Source of the DNA: Phoronis australis | Taxonomy: Eukaryota > Animalia > Phoronida | NCBI GenBank assembly: GCA_002633005.1 | Contig: NMRA01000061.1 | Span: forward strand, 324,957-388,956 | Length of the DNA stretch: 64,000 bases | Reading direction: 5' to 3' | Shown: positions 39,101 through 52,200 of the stretch, in pieces | Position numbering within the stretch: the first letter of the stretch is position 1 | Layout: each line of letters opens with the position of its first letter | Translations under genes and position numbers: made by a program | The notes under the pieces: generated by a model | The model's input: the letters and a program-made list of their open reading frames with translations, nothing else | What the model was told of the DNA's origin: nothing | Database searches by the model: none

Positions 39101-42100
39101 GTTAAGTTTTCGCTTATAAGTTTATTGATAAAATTTTATTTTCCCATTTCCTTCATCTCACATTTTCTCATCATTTTGACAAAACGACATCAGGTGAATT
39201 CTGTTGAAAAACCCAGACTGCTCATTGTCCTTACTGAAAATCTCGATCAAAATTTGCAAGTTCACCAGAGTTGCACACTTTATTGAGGAGGCCCTCTCAC
39301 AGCAAACAGTGACAACTCAATTGGAATGTCTTAATATTATCTACTTGCTCTTACTACTCTTACTTAAATGATTTTGTGCACCCACATCACTACTACCATT
39401 TCTTAATATTAAGTGATTTTGTACATCCACATCATGTCTGATCGCATATAATCAGCATCCCGTCCATCATCTGTTGTTATCTTTGCTGGTCTCCTGATTA
39501 TGTCAAAAACTGCTCAGCAAATCATGATGAAGTTTTTCACAACGTTGAATGTGATGAAGATGTGACATCATCAGTCGATTTTCACACGGATTCGACTACT
39601 GTGGCACCCCCTGTTGGCATTTCTATTTTTCAGTGAGAAATTCATTTTCCGTTAACTTGTGACAAAAGGAGTTGGAAGATTTTGATCCAAACTTGATGCA
39701 GTGGTATGTTGTCAGAATTTACCTGCTCCAGTTGCTTATGGGAGTGAGTTGGCCGCTTGTGGTGCTGTCAGTTATGTTGCTTTTGTTTAAACTGTTTCAG
39801 CATGTTCGGCCATACGACTGGGCAAAGATCATACTATTTTAAAAATGGTTTTACTCAACTTGAACAAGCCTTGATTAGGTATACATTGGATTGCTTAAAG
39901 AAACATGTAAGTATTGTAGGAGATCAAACTGAATAATTATGATATCTGAACTGTAGTACCTTGCTCTGGCTTTAACTTGGCGTCTGTGCTCAAGTGTAGC
40001 CATCTTGAAGCCTATTTTGAACGATTACACCAGTCCTGTAAATTTGGTACCTATAGTATGTTAAGAGCATTGCTCTGAGCCCACCATTGCCATAAATTGA
40101 CAAATGTAATGAACTGTTAGACTTACTGGTTTGCTTTTGTCTGTGTCACTGCAAGAATCACTTTTTTATTCCAACAGCTATGAACAACACCCACACACAG
40201 TGGTGTTCTATTCAGTCCCTTATTCAATACAGTTGCTATCAGCCGTTTGTTGTTTGTGTTTGGTTCTGGCGGTGACACCTTATGGATCAAAAAACCAACT
40301 TAAATCATTTGACGGGCTTACATTTGAGTTATTAAACTCGTGTTTTCATATTTTTCCAAGGCTTTTCTAGAACTTTCTGCTGAGCTCAATACAGTATCAT
40401 ATAAAATAACAAAACGCCGTTCAAGGTAGGCTTTAATGCACCAGATTTACAGATGAAATTGATATAAGCCTGTATCACATGTTCGACAGATTGAATTTCA
40501 CAAAATATTGACAAAATATAGGCCTACGCTTGTCGTGTTGGCAGAATTTAATGTGTGCCCAATTTTGGTTTAAAAGATTTAGTGTCCATTTCTTGTAAAA
40601 CTGAGTGTTAAGGTGTAACACTGCACATGTACTTCCCTGCAGACGTGTAACAATTTGGAATATCTGAAGTAAACTGGTGTTGAATGTTAAAGTCATTGTT
40701 CTTTATTTGACACTAGAATAACCCGGACGAGAAAGAATCAATTATACTCTCTACTATTTTTGGCCATATAGCGGTTTTAAGTACAGGACATATTCTGCCA
40801 GTATTTATTGAAAGCATTCATGTCAATTTGCAGGACTTTATGCTGGTGTCAGTTCCTGACCTTCTTCACCCTGACATCATAGTGAGTAATTTTAGCATAA
40901 TGACCTTTTCACTGTAATCACAGCACCACCACAGGATTGATTTATCATATGAACATCTAAGTATTCATTTTTTGTTAGGTTCAATTTGTAATTCAGTTCT
41001 AGCATGAGTATTTATAAGTCACATGAAACAATTCCACAATTGCTACGAATACTGCACAAATACCACAGTTATTTTTCTTGAAGTGGAAGTTGCAGGCTAA
41101 TCCGTTATCTCTGTCTGATTGCTTGGCCAAAGTAGTTAGAAAAACGACGCATAGTTTTTGAACTCATTGTAAATTTTTTCTCTGATTGAACATTTGTCGT
41201 TTCTTTTTTGTCTCGTGTTAGGAGGCATGTGGCTTTAAGACGACTGGAGGAGATGTTTTCAAACTAGACCCATCCAAGCACGGCAACGTCTGTCTATCAG
41301 GCACTGCTGAAATGGCGCTAGCAAGTACGTATCATATGTAAAGGTAAACACTACAAAGACGTGCTGGAATAGATGGTCTCATAATAATTAATACTGGCCA
41401 TTTTTTGTAACCAGAATTTAGTTGTCATGACAGGAAACGGTATTTTGTCTTCGATTACTTTTGTCTTGTACTGTACTTGGCCTATTGATTACTTTTGTCT
41501 TGTACTGTACTTGGTTACTGTAGTTGCTTTCTTGCTCCATGTTGGCATTGTGTGTTGCGGCCTTGATGTGTATGATTCATAACATGAGTTTATTTCTCCT
41601 AGGTTTGCACATGAAGAAAGTATTACCCCGGGAAGCTCTTCCACAAAAGTAAGTTTTCTAGTCAAAGTGAAACGTTTGTTAAATCTGCTTATAACCACAA
41701 GTTGCTCTAGGTGACAGAATTTAGTAAAATCATGGTACCTTCAATTCTAAATCCTGAGAACTTACAGCATTGTGTTGCTGTAGAACAGAATTGCTCTTGA
41801 ATGTTGTACACATGTGCAAAGCTATTGCTTACTATTGCCTCCAGGTGGCACATTGTTCATAGCAGTAAGTTTTCATCTTCGACTTTTTATGTCTAAACAA
41901 AACATTTAGCCTGCACGTGCCCAAGGTGGAGACTTCTATTATTGTGTTCGAACCTTTTACTCAACTGTGAACAGAAGGAAATTCTCATATGTTCCTATGT
42001 AGATAAAGTACTTATTGCCCAATAAAGTCTAAGCCAGTATTTTTACTTTGTTTTGTCAGTGGAGAATCTTCTAGAACAATCTGCTGTTGATCATTACAGG

Positions 42101-45100
42101 CTGGCTGCTGTTAGTAGGTGCTTTAGAACGGAGACAACTAGTTTACAAGAAGAACAAGGGATATACCGAGTGAGACAGTTCACAAAGGTATATACATAGG
42201 GAACAGTAACTTGCTGAGTGAGTTATTTTGTCACAACTGTTATTGCCTACACTTAGCTATTCTAGTAAAAGTGTCTGTGTAGTCAAACCGCTAATTATTA
42301 TGAAAAAACTAAACTATATATGAGAGACTTGATTGGACGAGAAGTGTTTGCAAGCCAGTATATGTTCACTTGTTAGGCCAAAATGACATGAGCTAAAATT
42401 ATTGTCTTGACTCGATTCTTTTTTAAGGTTGAAATGTTTGGTCTGACGGCTGATGACAGTGGTAAAGAGAGTGAAGAGCTGTTCCAACAGTTTGTAGATG
42501 TACAGAAACACATATTTACATCACTGGGCCTTCATTTTAGGTAATGTTAATATCTTGAATATTAATGGTGTGTTGCATAGGCAGGAAGTTTCTATGAGTG
42601 GTTTGCTGTCACCATCGTGAATTTATTCAGAAACATCCAGTGAAATGAAAAATGTTAAGGATATGGATGCCTGAAAATAATATTTTCATCACAATGCATA
42701 TACTTTAGGCTACGACGTGAATGAGGTTACTTCGAAAGCCTAATTTAAAATCCCCATTTCTAGAGCAATTGATATATTTTAAGATCATAAATTTTGCTTT
42801 TGCTTTGTAAGATACGATTATGTTGGGAAAGCACAGCCCAATGTCTTGAAACTGATAAGATACCTGATGAAACTTCTATTAAATTTATTGCTGCAGTGCC
42901 TGTTAATTATAGAATTCTCAACATGCCAACTCAAGAGCTTGGGGCACCAGCCTACAAAAAATATGACATGGAAACATGGATGCCTGCCAAACAATTCTGG
43001 GGAGAGGTTTGTACAAAGATTGGCTTCGGTCAGTATGGCACTCGGTAGAATATTTGATGACCATTCGTAACTTTTGCTCAGTTAAATGTTACAGAAAAAA
43101 ATTCTGTTTCTGTTCTGGTCAGTAAGCTTAAAGCATTTTTTCCTCGAGTTATGGAAAGCAGAGTGGGCATTATCAGAACTTCATTTTTAGAAGTAAAACA
43201 GTTGAAAATTCAGGGGTGAGGGTGTTAACCTGACTAAATGCAGTAGTTGAAAGAGAATTTGATAAAAACTAGACCATGGGTCACAGACAAAGGCAACATA
43301 GAAGGAAAAGGACTAATGCTGCTATTGGCTGAATATTGTTTCAAAATTGTCTGTAAATTTTCATCTGTCTAAGGATTAGACGATTTCTGGTCAGAGGTGA
43401 TTTGCGTGACTTTTTTAAATATGCTATATGTGTGAAAGAGTGGGCAAGGTGAACATCCTCAGTTCATATAGTTGCTTATCGTTTAGATTTCCAGCACATC
43501 GAACTGCACAGACTACCAGAGTAGAAGAGTACTCATCAAGTATAGACAAGAAGATGGTTCACTGAAGCATGTACACACAGTGAGTGGTTTTCTGTTAAAT
43601 GGGGATATGTTCTACCTTTGGTTTTTACATTTACATGGGTGTAACAGATATATGTGGTTGTCTGTAAATGAGGTGGAATCGAAGTAGTTGTCATGAAAAT
43701 ATCTATACTTCTGGAATAGTAATGTATTTTAAACTATTCTATTTTNNNNNNNNNNNNNNNNNNNNNNNNNNNNNNNNNNNNNNNNNNNNNNNNNNNNNNN
43801 NNNNNNNNNNNNNNNNNNNNNNNNNNNNNNNNNNNNNNNNNNNNNNNTCTTGACTCGATTCTTTTTTAAGGTTGAAATGTTTGGTCTGACGGCTGATGAC
43901 AGTGGTAAAGAGAGTGAAGAGCTGTTCCAAAAGTTTGTAGATGTACAGAAACACATATTTACATCACTGGGCCTTCATTTTAGGTAATGTTAATATCTTG
44001 AATATTAATGGTGTGTTGCATAGGCAGGAAGTTTCTATGAGTGGTTTGCTGTCACCATCGTGAATTTATTCAGAAACATCCAGTGAAATGAAAAATGTTA
44101 AGGATATGGATGCCTGAAAATTCTTTAATATTTTCATCACAATGCATATACTTTAGGCTATGACATGAATGAGGTTACTTCGAAAGCCTAATTTAAAATC
44201 CCCATTTCTAGAGCAATTGATATATTTTAAGATCATACATTTTGCTTTTGCAATGCAAGATACGATTATCTTGGGGAAAGCACAACCCAATGTCTTGAAA
44301 CTGATAAGATACCTGATGAAACTTCTATTAAATTTATTGCTGCAGTGCCTGTTAATTTTAGAATTCTCAACATGCCGACTCAAGAGCTCGGGGCACCGGC
44401 CTACAAAAAATATGACATGGAAACATGGATGCCTGCCAAACAATTTTGGGGAGAGGTTTGTAGAAAGATTGGCTTCGGTCAGTTTGGCACTCAGTAGAAT
44501 ATTTGATGACCATTCGTAACTTTTGCTCAGTTAAATGTCACAGAAAAAAATTCTGTTTCTGTTCTGGTCATTAAGCTTTAATAAAGCATTTTCCCTCAGG
44601 TTATGGAAAGCAGAGTGGGCATTATCAGAACTTCATTTTTAGAAGTAAAACGGTTGAAAATTCAGGGGTGAGGGTGTTTACCTGACTAAATGCAGTAGTT
44701 GAAAGAGAATTTGATAAAAACTAGACCTTGGGTCACAGACAAAGGCAACAGAGAAGGAAAGGACGAATGCTACTATTGGCTGAATATTGTTTCAAAATTG
44801 TCTGGAAATTTTCAGTCTGGGGATTAGACGATTTCTGGTCAGAGGTGATTTGCGTGACTTTTTTAAATATGCAAAATGTGTGAAAGAGTGGGCAAGGTGA
44901 ACATCCTCAGTTCATCTAGTTGCTTATTGTTTAGATTTCCAGCACATCGAACTGCACAGACTACCAGAGTAGAAGAGTACTCATCAAGTATAGACAAGAA
45001 GATGGTTCACTGAAGCACGTACACACAGTGAGTGGTTTTCTGTTAAATGGGGATATGTTCTACCTTTGGTTTTTACATTTACATGGGTGTAACAGATATA

Positions 45101-45799
45101 TGTGGTTGTCTGTAAATGAGGTGGAATCGAAGTAGTTGTCATGAAAATATCTATACTTCTGGAGTAGTAATGTATTTTAAACTATTCTATTTTTGATTCG
45201 TAAAATATGGCAGTTATGGGGCTCATTCTAAGTGATTTTTTTGCCATGAATTTATTAGCGCCGTGTACTCAGGCACGTCTGTAAAGGTTTCATCAATCAT
45301 ATGCACTGTACATGCGTATGGTACGGCAGCCATCTCTGACCAAGCAATAAACATAAATATTTCTTTTACCATTTTTGTGGTGAGAAAACTTGTACACTAG
45401 GCAGTGTGGGTACTTCAATCACATGCCGTACCGTTGTAGAGCTCATTTTGCTCGTCTGGTTTTAAAGCAAATCAAATGTCATGGTTGCTTTTGAAAATAT
45501 TGGTAGCATGGAAATCTAACACATTTTTGATCAAGCACTTTGCTATTAGTTCACTGTTGAATAGCATGATCTCGACACATGATGTCCAGCATCAGTATAA
45601 TATGAATACTGTTCACTCCCAGGTGAATGGGACAGCCTGTGCTATACCACGGATGATCATGGCACTGGCGGAGAATAACCAGAACATGGATGGAACTGTC
45701 AACATACCGGAAGTGCTGCAGCCTTATATGAGTAGCCAAGAAGTAATTGACAGACCTGCACAGCCGATGAAGATGAAATGGCTCAAGCTGAGAAGTTAA
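36115..45799 (+). CDS. SARS2: Mitochondrial seryl-tRNA synthetase
   Basis: Exons 36115-36495, 37031-37066, 38121-38198, 38815-38933, 39801-39906, 40834-40881, 41222-41324, 41603-41648, 42100-42187, 42428-42540, 42913-43006, 43487-43579 (the last three repeated at 43871-43983, 44362-44455, 44935-45027) and 45623-45799. Basic presequence; SerRS motifs LPNKTHP, LSGTAE, SRCFRTE...[59 protein letters not shown]. Confidence 0.95.
42405..45195. repeat. 1.35-kb duplication of three SARS2 exons either side of a ~100-N gap (probable haplotype duplication)
   Basis: ~42405-43745 matches ~43847-45195 with SNPs and small indels. Confidence 0.9.
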
Positions 45800-46823
45800 T
45801 GGCGTACTCGTTATCGTACTGTGTGAATTAAATTTGTTTGATGTCCCTGAAGTGCTGTCTCTGACAGGCGTTTGAAATTATCTGCATCCACTAAGCATGA
45901 TGTGGCTTGGGCTGAAAGGTTTAATAGTGGACACACGTTATAAGTCCTGGAGGTACTGTCTCAGTTGCAAAAATGCTGACAGTGACTAGGCATCAAGTAG
46001 CTTGCATGGAAATGTTTTCAGTGGACATGTTACTGAACTAAGGAAGAGGTAGTGTCCGAGAGGTGATGTGCACATTCACTGAACATAAAATGTGAAGGGC
46101 TGTGGATGTTCTGGAGGTAACGGTGATGGAAAGGCTTCCAAAGCCTTTCTCAACCACTTGGAATAAAGTGACAGATGAAACTGTTGAGTTTGGTAATGCT
46201 TTGGACAAGAGTTCTAGTGGTTATTTTGAATGCTGTTCATCTAGCGTTTTCCACGGCCATTGAATGTGAAATGGTGCTCAAAAGACAGTGGTGAACTTAT
46301 TTTGTTTAGCGAATGTGGATTAAACAACATCCCAGATGAGGCGCTAGTTAATGTACCATCAAGAAAGAGTTTCACAGATTGTAACGTAACGTTAATAAAA
46401 TCGATTATGAAATACAGTATAAGTTGGTGTCTGCTACTGGGCACAGTGCTTCTCCATCATCATAGTTTTCAAGAAAAACTGGACAACGCTGCAGTTCAAC
46501 CAAGTCTCGACTCACAAAACTAGTGCTATCCATTTCATTTCAACTAGAACCCATTGCACCTAAATGTCAACACGTATTGGTTAAGCACTTTGTCAAATTG
46601 GAGGGAACTTTGCAACTTCATTCACGAAATACTAACCTTATTGCGGCAAAGGTTTGACTTAACTGCCAAATAATTCTGGGAAGAAGTCCTCCGTTTATGC
46701 AACAATCTGACTCGAGTACTTCTGTCGAAGTCTGTCTAGTTGATTTTGAAAACTATCCTACATGTATTCTGAAGATGTGGTGACTTGCAGTAAATCCCAA
46801 ATGAATTGCATTTGGCCTTGTAA

Positions 46824-47388
46824 GGGCTGTTCCAGTAAAATCTGTATGGGAGGGGGGAAGGCACCTTTTTTTGCACCCACCACCCATATTTTTCATTTAT
46901 TTCTTCAGCCTACCACCCGTAATTTTTTATAAGTTTGATATGCAACCACCTGTAATTTTTTTTTGTTCTTGTGGTTGACTGCACAGGCGCTTGAGTTTAT
47001 CTATTCCTCCATCACCACTAACGTCATTCATTACTAAGAAAACATTTGTTTCTTATATTTGGTTATTAGCCATCGAGAAATTCGAGCACCTGTGGTTAAA
47101 TGGTGTTATGGGCATGCCAATGAGGAGATCGAAGGGAGTGAAAAAGTCGGAGCTTTTTGCAAGTTGAATTTTTGTTTCAGTTTTTGATTCTGTGCAGATT
47201 GTTTATAAAATTTACTAAAATTACCCACCATCAAACATTTATGGCCCAATGAAACAACGACCTGTAAATTTTTATTTTTTTGAAGTACGGCCACCAGCCA
47301 TTTTGAATTTAAATCAAACGCAACCACCCATAAATTTTTATTTCAGTTGCCTTCCCCCCCTCCCACACAGATTTTGCTGGAACAGCCC
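46824..47388. mobile_element. PIF/Harbinger-like MITE (565 bp)
   Basis: TAA|GGGCTGTTCCAGTAAAATCTGTATGGGAGGGGGGAAGGCA...TGCCTTCCCCCCCTCCCACACAGATTTTGCTGGAACAGCCC|TAA. Confidence 0.85.
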
Positions 47389-47704
47389 TAAGGTTAGAGT
47401 CAAGCTTCAATGCAGCAACTTGTGAGCAAATTTTGACAAGTTAATTAACGAATTCCAATATTTATTTTCATTCACATGAACCAGAGATGCACAGTGTAGG
47501 GTTACATAATTCTTATGGCGGCAGGAGAAAGTATGTCATGGGAGTAGTCAAACAGCCAGTACGAGTGTTTGCAAATGACAGCAATGGGCTTTTGTCTCAT
47601 TAGAATAAATTATTCTCAAACATATTAATACATGGAGTTTTGAAACAACATACAGCATTGCAATGTATGCAAGACTTCAAGTTCATGGTAAAATTAATCA
47701 AACA

Positions 47705-48060
47705 AAACTGTTTCCTCATCACGACGAGAAATGACTAGACATGTTTCATCATGACGGGTCATTCCAGCCACTTGATTGATAATGTGGAAAACGCGACTGT
47801 TTTGACGAGAAATGAATAGAATCGTCTCATCACAATGGGTCATTACCACTACTTGATGGGAATATGCTTGACTTTGGCCATTGTGACGAGAAATACATAC
47901 ATGTCTCATCACTACAGGTCATGCATTCCAGTTATTTGATGGAGAATCCACTAGTCGATACCTGCCATTGATACTAAAAATGAATAGAGATGTCTCATAA
48001 GACTGGGTCATTTCAGCTACTCAATGTGGAATCTGCTTGAAGTCAGCCGTCATGAAAAGA
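47705..48060. repeat. Diverged tandem repeat, ~80-95-bp unit, about 4 copies
   Basis: Recurring gacgagaaatga-tagacatgtctcatca-gac-ggtcattcca-ctacttgat at ~47721, 47803, 47883 and 47972. Confidence 0.65.
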
Positions 48061-48716
48061 AATTCTGCTTTAGCTGGGAATTCATCACTTCATGCAATGA
48101 GCATATTCTGATATTACCTCCACACAACAAAAACTTCGAACAACAGAAAACAGCCATTTTTGGGAAGACCTTTCAGACATAAACTACACGTATCTTGTGA
48201 CATTGCCTCCTACAAGCTACTTCTCTTCTTGTGTTTGCAGGCTTCGTAACGCCTCTGACAACTGCTTACAGTATGGTTTAATCACAACAGATTATGTTTT
48301 CATTTGATCCCATTATTACCATGCAAACAACGAAGGATTACAATCATTTATTTTTGATTCCCAGTTGCCAAGGAGACCAATTAGTCCTCATGATGCATTA
48401 TTGAAATGAACAAAGTCCAACACCACAGCTTAAGTATGAAAACACAAATGCTGGAGACTTGTGGCAGTAACAAGGCAGACCAATTGTTTCATGACGACAC
48501 AGCTTCTGAAAGTTCTCTGACCTAACATATTTTAGTGACTTGGCCAAATCTAGTACATTCATGACACACTCGGAACATAGTATAACTCGAAGGTAGAAAA
48601 ACGAAAACTAGTAGGATCATAAATCCAATAGATGAGTTTACCAGACCAATTGGCTGTGAGCACAACAGGTCTGAGGTTCAATATCTGATTATCTTTTAAG
48701 TACTTAACTGATATAG

Positions 48717-48831
48717 CATGGGTGGCGCAGCACTGAAAAAAGTGGGGGGCTATAGCCCCCAGCCTCCCTGTGGTGCACCGCCCATAGGCCGCCCAGCATT
48801 GAAAAAAGCCCCCTATGGTGCGCCGCCCATG
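48717..48831. mobile_element. 115-bp MITE with CATGGG termini and perfect 5-bp TSD
   Basis: tatag|CATGGGTGGCGCAGCA...TGGTGCGCCGCCCATG|tatag. Confidence 0.75.
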
Positions 48832-49288
48832 TATAGTTACTGGTCCCAATGAAGTGTTTTACTCCACATGTCAAATGTACAATCCTTGCATTTTCAGTCC
48901 TACATTAGATTCAAGTGTCCAGTCCAATATGGCCACTGGTTTCTGAACCACAAGTTGTCCACAAACATCCATGTTGTAACATAACAAACTGGTAGAAAGC
49001 AAAGAGTAATACTTTAATTTATATTATGCCAAATTGCAAAAAACTTGAAGCCAATGACGTCATTACAGCACAGTCTGATGAAATCGTTCACAACTTCAAA
49101 CGAAGCAAGGTCCTCTTCTATCGTCACATAGTACACATTTTTCGAGACCAGAGCCACAAATAGTCTCCTCTAACCCATGCCCAACAGCAAAGTAGAAATC
49201 GTGATTACCTCCCATTATTACTAAAACAACATCTAGGGTAAACAGTGATTAAGTGCGTTTCAACGAGCAACGACTGAGAATTGCTCAC

Positions 49289-52200
49289 TCAGTCATTTTT
49301 CTTCTCTTCTACAGGTTTAGGTTCACTGTCAGTTGATGCAACTGCTTCGGTTGCGTTTTGCACAGCCTCTCCATTCTGTTCCAACATGTCTGCACTTGTG
49401 CCAAACTCGTTGACACGCTTCGGGTCCACAGGGTATATCCATCTTTGATAGAGGAATATCAAAAATACTATGTCTGCAAAAGCAAAATTGAAAACACTCA
49501 AATGAGCATACCATCAAAAAGACCATTGGAAGTATTAAAATATCTCATTATAAGAAATCCAATAATAAAAGTATCATGTGCCATCAAGATTTTTAATGAT
49601 CAGTGGTGTAGCGGATAAAGGCAATTGGAAAGCAGTTTTATGTGCAAACACTTAACATTTCTTCATTGAATATTTTTCATTTTAGGTGTATTGGACTACC
49701 CAGATAGTGCCAACAATATATTAGCAACACATAAAACTATGATTTAATCGCTCAAAATGTGGGATCGTAAAAAAATAAAAACTAGCCTCTTCGTGACACG
49801 TTGTGCCACCTTGAAAACACGGAACAAAAGACTGAAAGTAGATGCACCGAATAGAGGCCTGAATAGGACATAAGGACTCTCGCAGTGACATCAATGAATG
49901 CAACTCAGAAAGTCCAATCCTTCATTTTACATGGCAAGTTATGGCATTGCTGTGCTTAGAGGAATGTTCAAAACACATACCGAGATTTTCCGTAGATAAG
50001 CCCACGGGGTTGTATTCCGAAAATGAAAAATTTTAGTCGTTTTAGTAACACGAGTTATTCCCAAAAGTGTAAATTGAAAGTAATAATTTTGGCTACGGAA
50101 ATGGAAGCATGAACTGAATACACGTAAGTCTAGATTAAGAGGTTCCCTGACTTTAGACATTTTATACTAAAAACAATGTTTTTAAATTTATATTAACAAA
50201 TGAATAGTTCGCCAAAATACTTTGTTCGTTTATATAAATGATAAATGCCACACAAAACTGAATTTGTGACTAAAAGTTGAAGCTGAGTGGGCTTTTAAAA
50301 GGAAATTTCCCCAATAAACGCCCCACTATCTGGACACTTGACACTAGAAGTTGTAACACCAAATAAACACCCATGGGCATTTATTTGGCGCAATTTCCGA
50401 ATAAATGCCTATGGGCGTTTCATTGGGAGGGCTTATCTAGCAAAAATCCTGGTAGTTGCAACCAAATTCTAGTGTCACCCTTCAAGCTAGGCTTTAACCG
50501 TGCTTTACCAAGCTGGTTGTCACTTACCATCCCTAAAACAGCCAATACGGTAGAGCATGGGCATCTTAATTACAAAGGCGAAAATGTCGTCGATGAACGT
50601 GTTGAGTGCTTTATACGTCATCATCCGCCACGGCAAGTGTGCTACAGACTTCATTTTGTAGTTGATGAACAGCTGAGGAGTCATCATAATAAAACCTGCA
50701 ATGTTGGGAAATAGCCATCAAGGCTAACACATCTTTTACTGGCTTATAATAATCGAGGCTTGGAATGAACCATGACATAAAAAGAAGAAAAACTTCCTGG
50801 TGATGCGTGGTGCTACAAATAAATAGGCTTGTGCGATAGAAATGTATCATTGACTTGGAAAATTTATGCGCAAGAACGAATACAGTCAAAATAATGACAA
50901 AAAAGAGATAAAAAGAGGAGACTGGAAGTCAAATAAGAGCAAAATTGAAACCAAAAAAGAGGAAAACTAAATAAATAAACAAACAAATAAAACAACAATT
51001 CGTGAAGCTCCGTTTACTTGCAGCAAGGTAATCAGACCTTGAAAAATGGGAAAATTGCAATTTCGAAAATTACTTTTGTGCGAAATAAGTGGAGAATTAA
51101 CACGGCCATGTTTTGACCTATGACATGGGGTGTGTCAAACGTTAAAACAAATAAAACTGCACTTAATCAAAAAACACATCTTGATTGCTGGAGGAGGCGT
51201 GTTACCATGACAAACATTATGTTACCAGAACATGAAAACACAGAGACCTGGCCTATATTTGTTAAGCTGCTAACTTACCAAACGTAAGTAAAAACCCGTA
51301 TATCATGCCCAGTATAAAGGAGTACCAGCCCTTGTGTTCGTGGTAGACCAGCGAGTACACGGCGTAACCCACCAGCAGCGGGAACAGCAACACTGACAGA
51401 TACTTGAACGCCATCTGTGTTTATTTAAAAATTATTAGTCAAAGCAGTACAACCAGTACCTCTGAACATAAGTACTGCACCCAAGTGCATTCTGTAGACA
51501 ACGGAACTACTTTCACCTAGTGGAGTGAAAACAGTGAATGGCATCCCAACATTTAACATTCTAACTTCACCAACCAATCAGTAGCCACCATCTTGCTAGC
51601 ATATGATAATGCCCAAAGCATCACGCAAAACACTCGCCTTCCACTCAAATGGCTTTTTGTGACCTTGTTTTTGGGCCTCGACAGAGCCCGGCACTATTAG
51701 TAGAAATCAGTGTATTTCTCAATTCATATAGTGAAATATTCAGCTTCCCCAACAAATCTGACCAATAACAATTGCCATACTCTTCTTGTACATAAAACTG
51801 TTTCTCATAATGAAAATAAATTGTTTGGAATGAAAATGATTATATCGGCATAAAAAGTATTGACGGAATAAACGTCTCCGGAACTCTGCTTTGTACTTTA
51901 AAGTGCTATAAATGAACAGATTATTCTATATTGTACTGTGTTGATCTCAACATTTCTTAATAATTTTCCAACGTAAGCGCAGATCGATGTACTACCAACT
52001 GAACTTGACATTGGCGAGAACGTTGGTGATTAATCAACATACCTGATCATACTTCTTCGTATCTGATTCTGTGTACGTAGATTTGTCGGCTATTGTGAGG
52101 CGGGGGATAGCACCAAACCAGGGATTTTCTCTGTCAATCTGCAATCCACTTACTTTATTGACATCTATTCATTGTTAACCACCAGACAGGAAGGAGAGAT

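Noticed and set aside
36115-45799. SLIMP (inactive SerRS paralogue) instead of SARS2
   Set aside because: The serine- and ATP-binding motifs TAE, FRxE, SNCTDYQ and NGT are retained.
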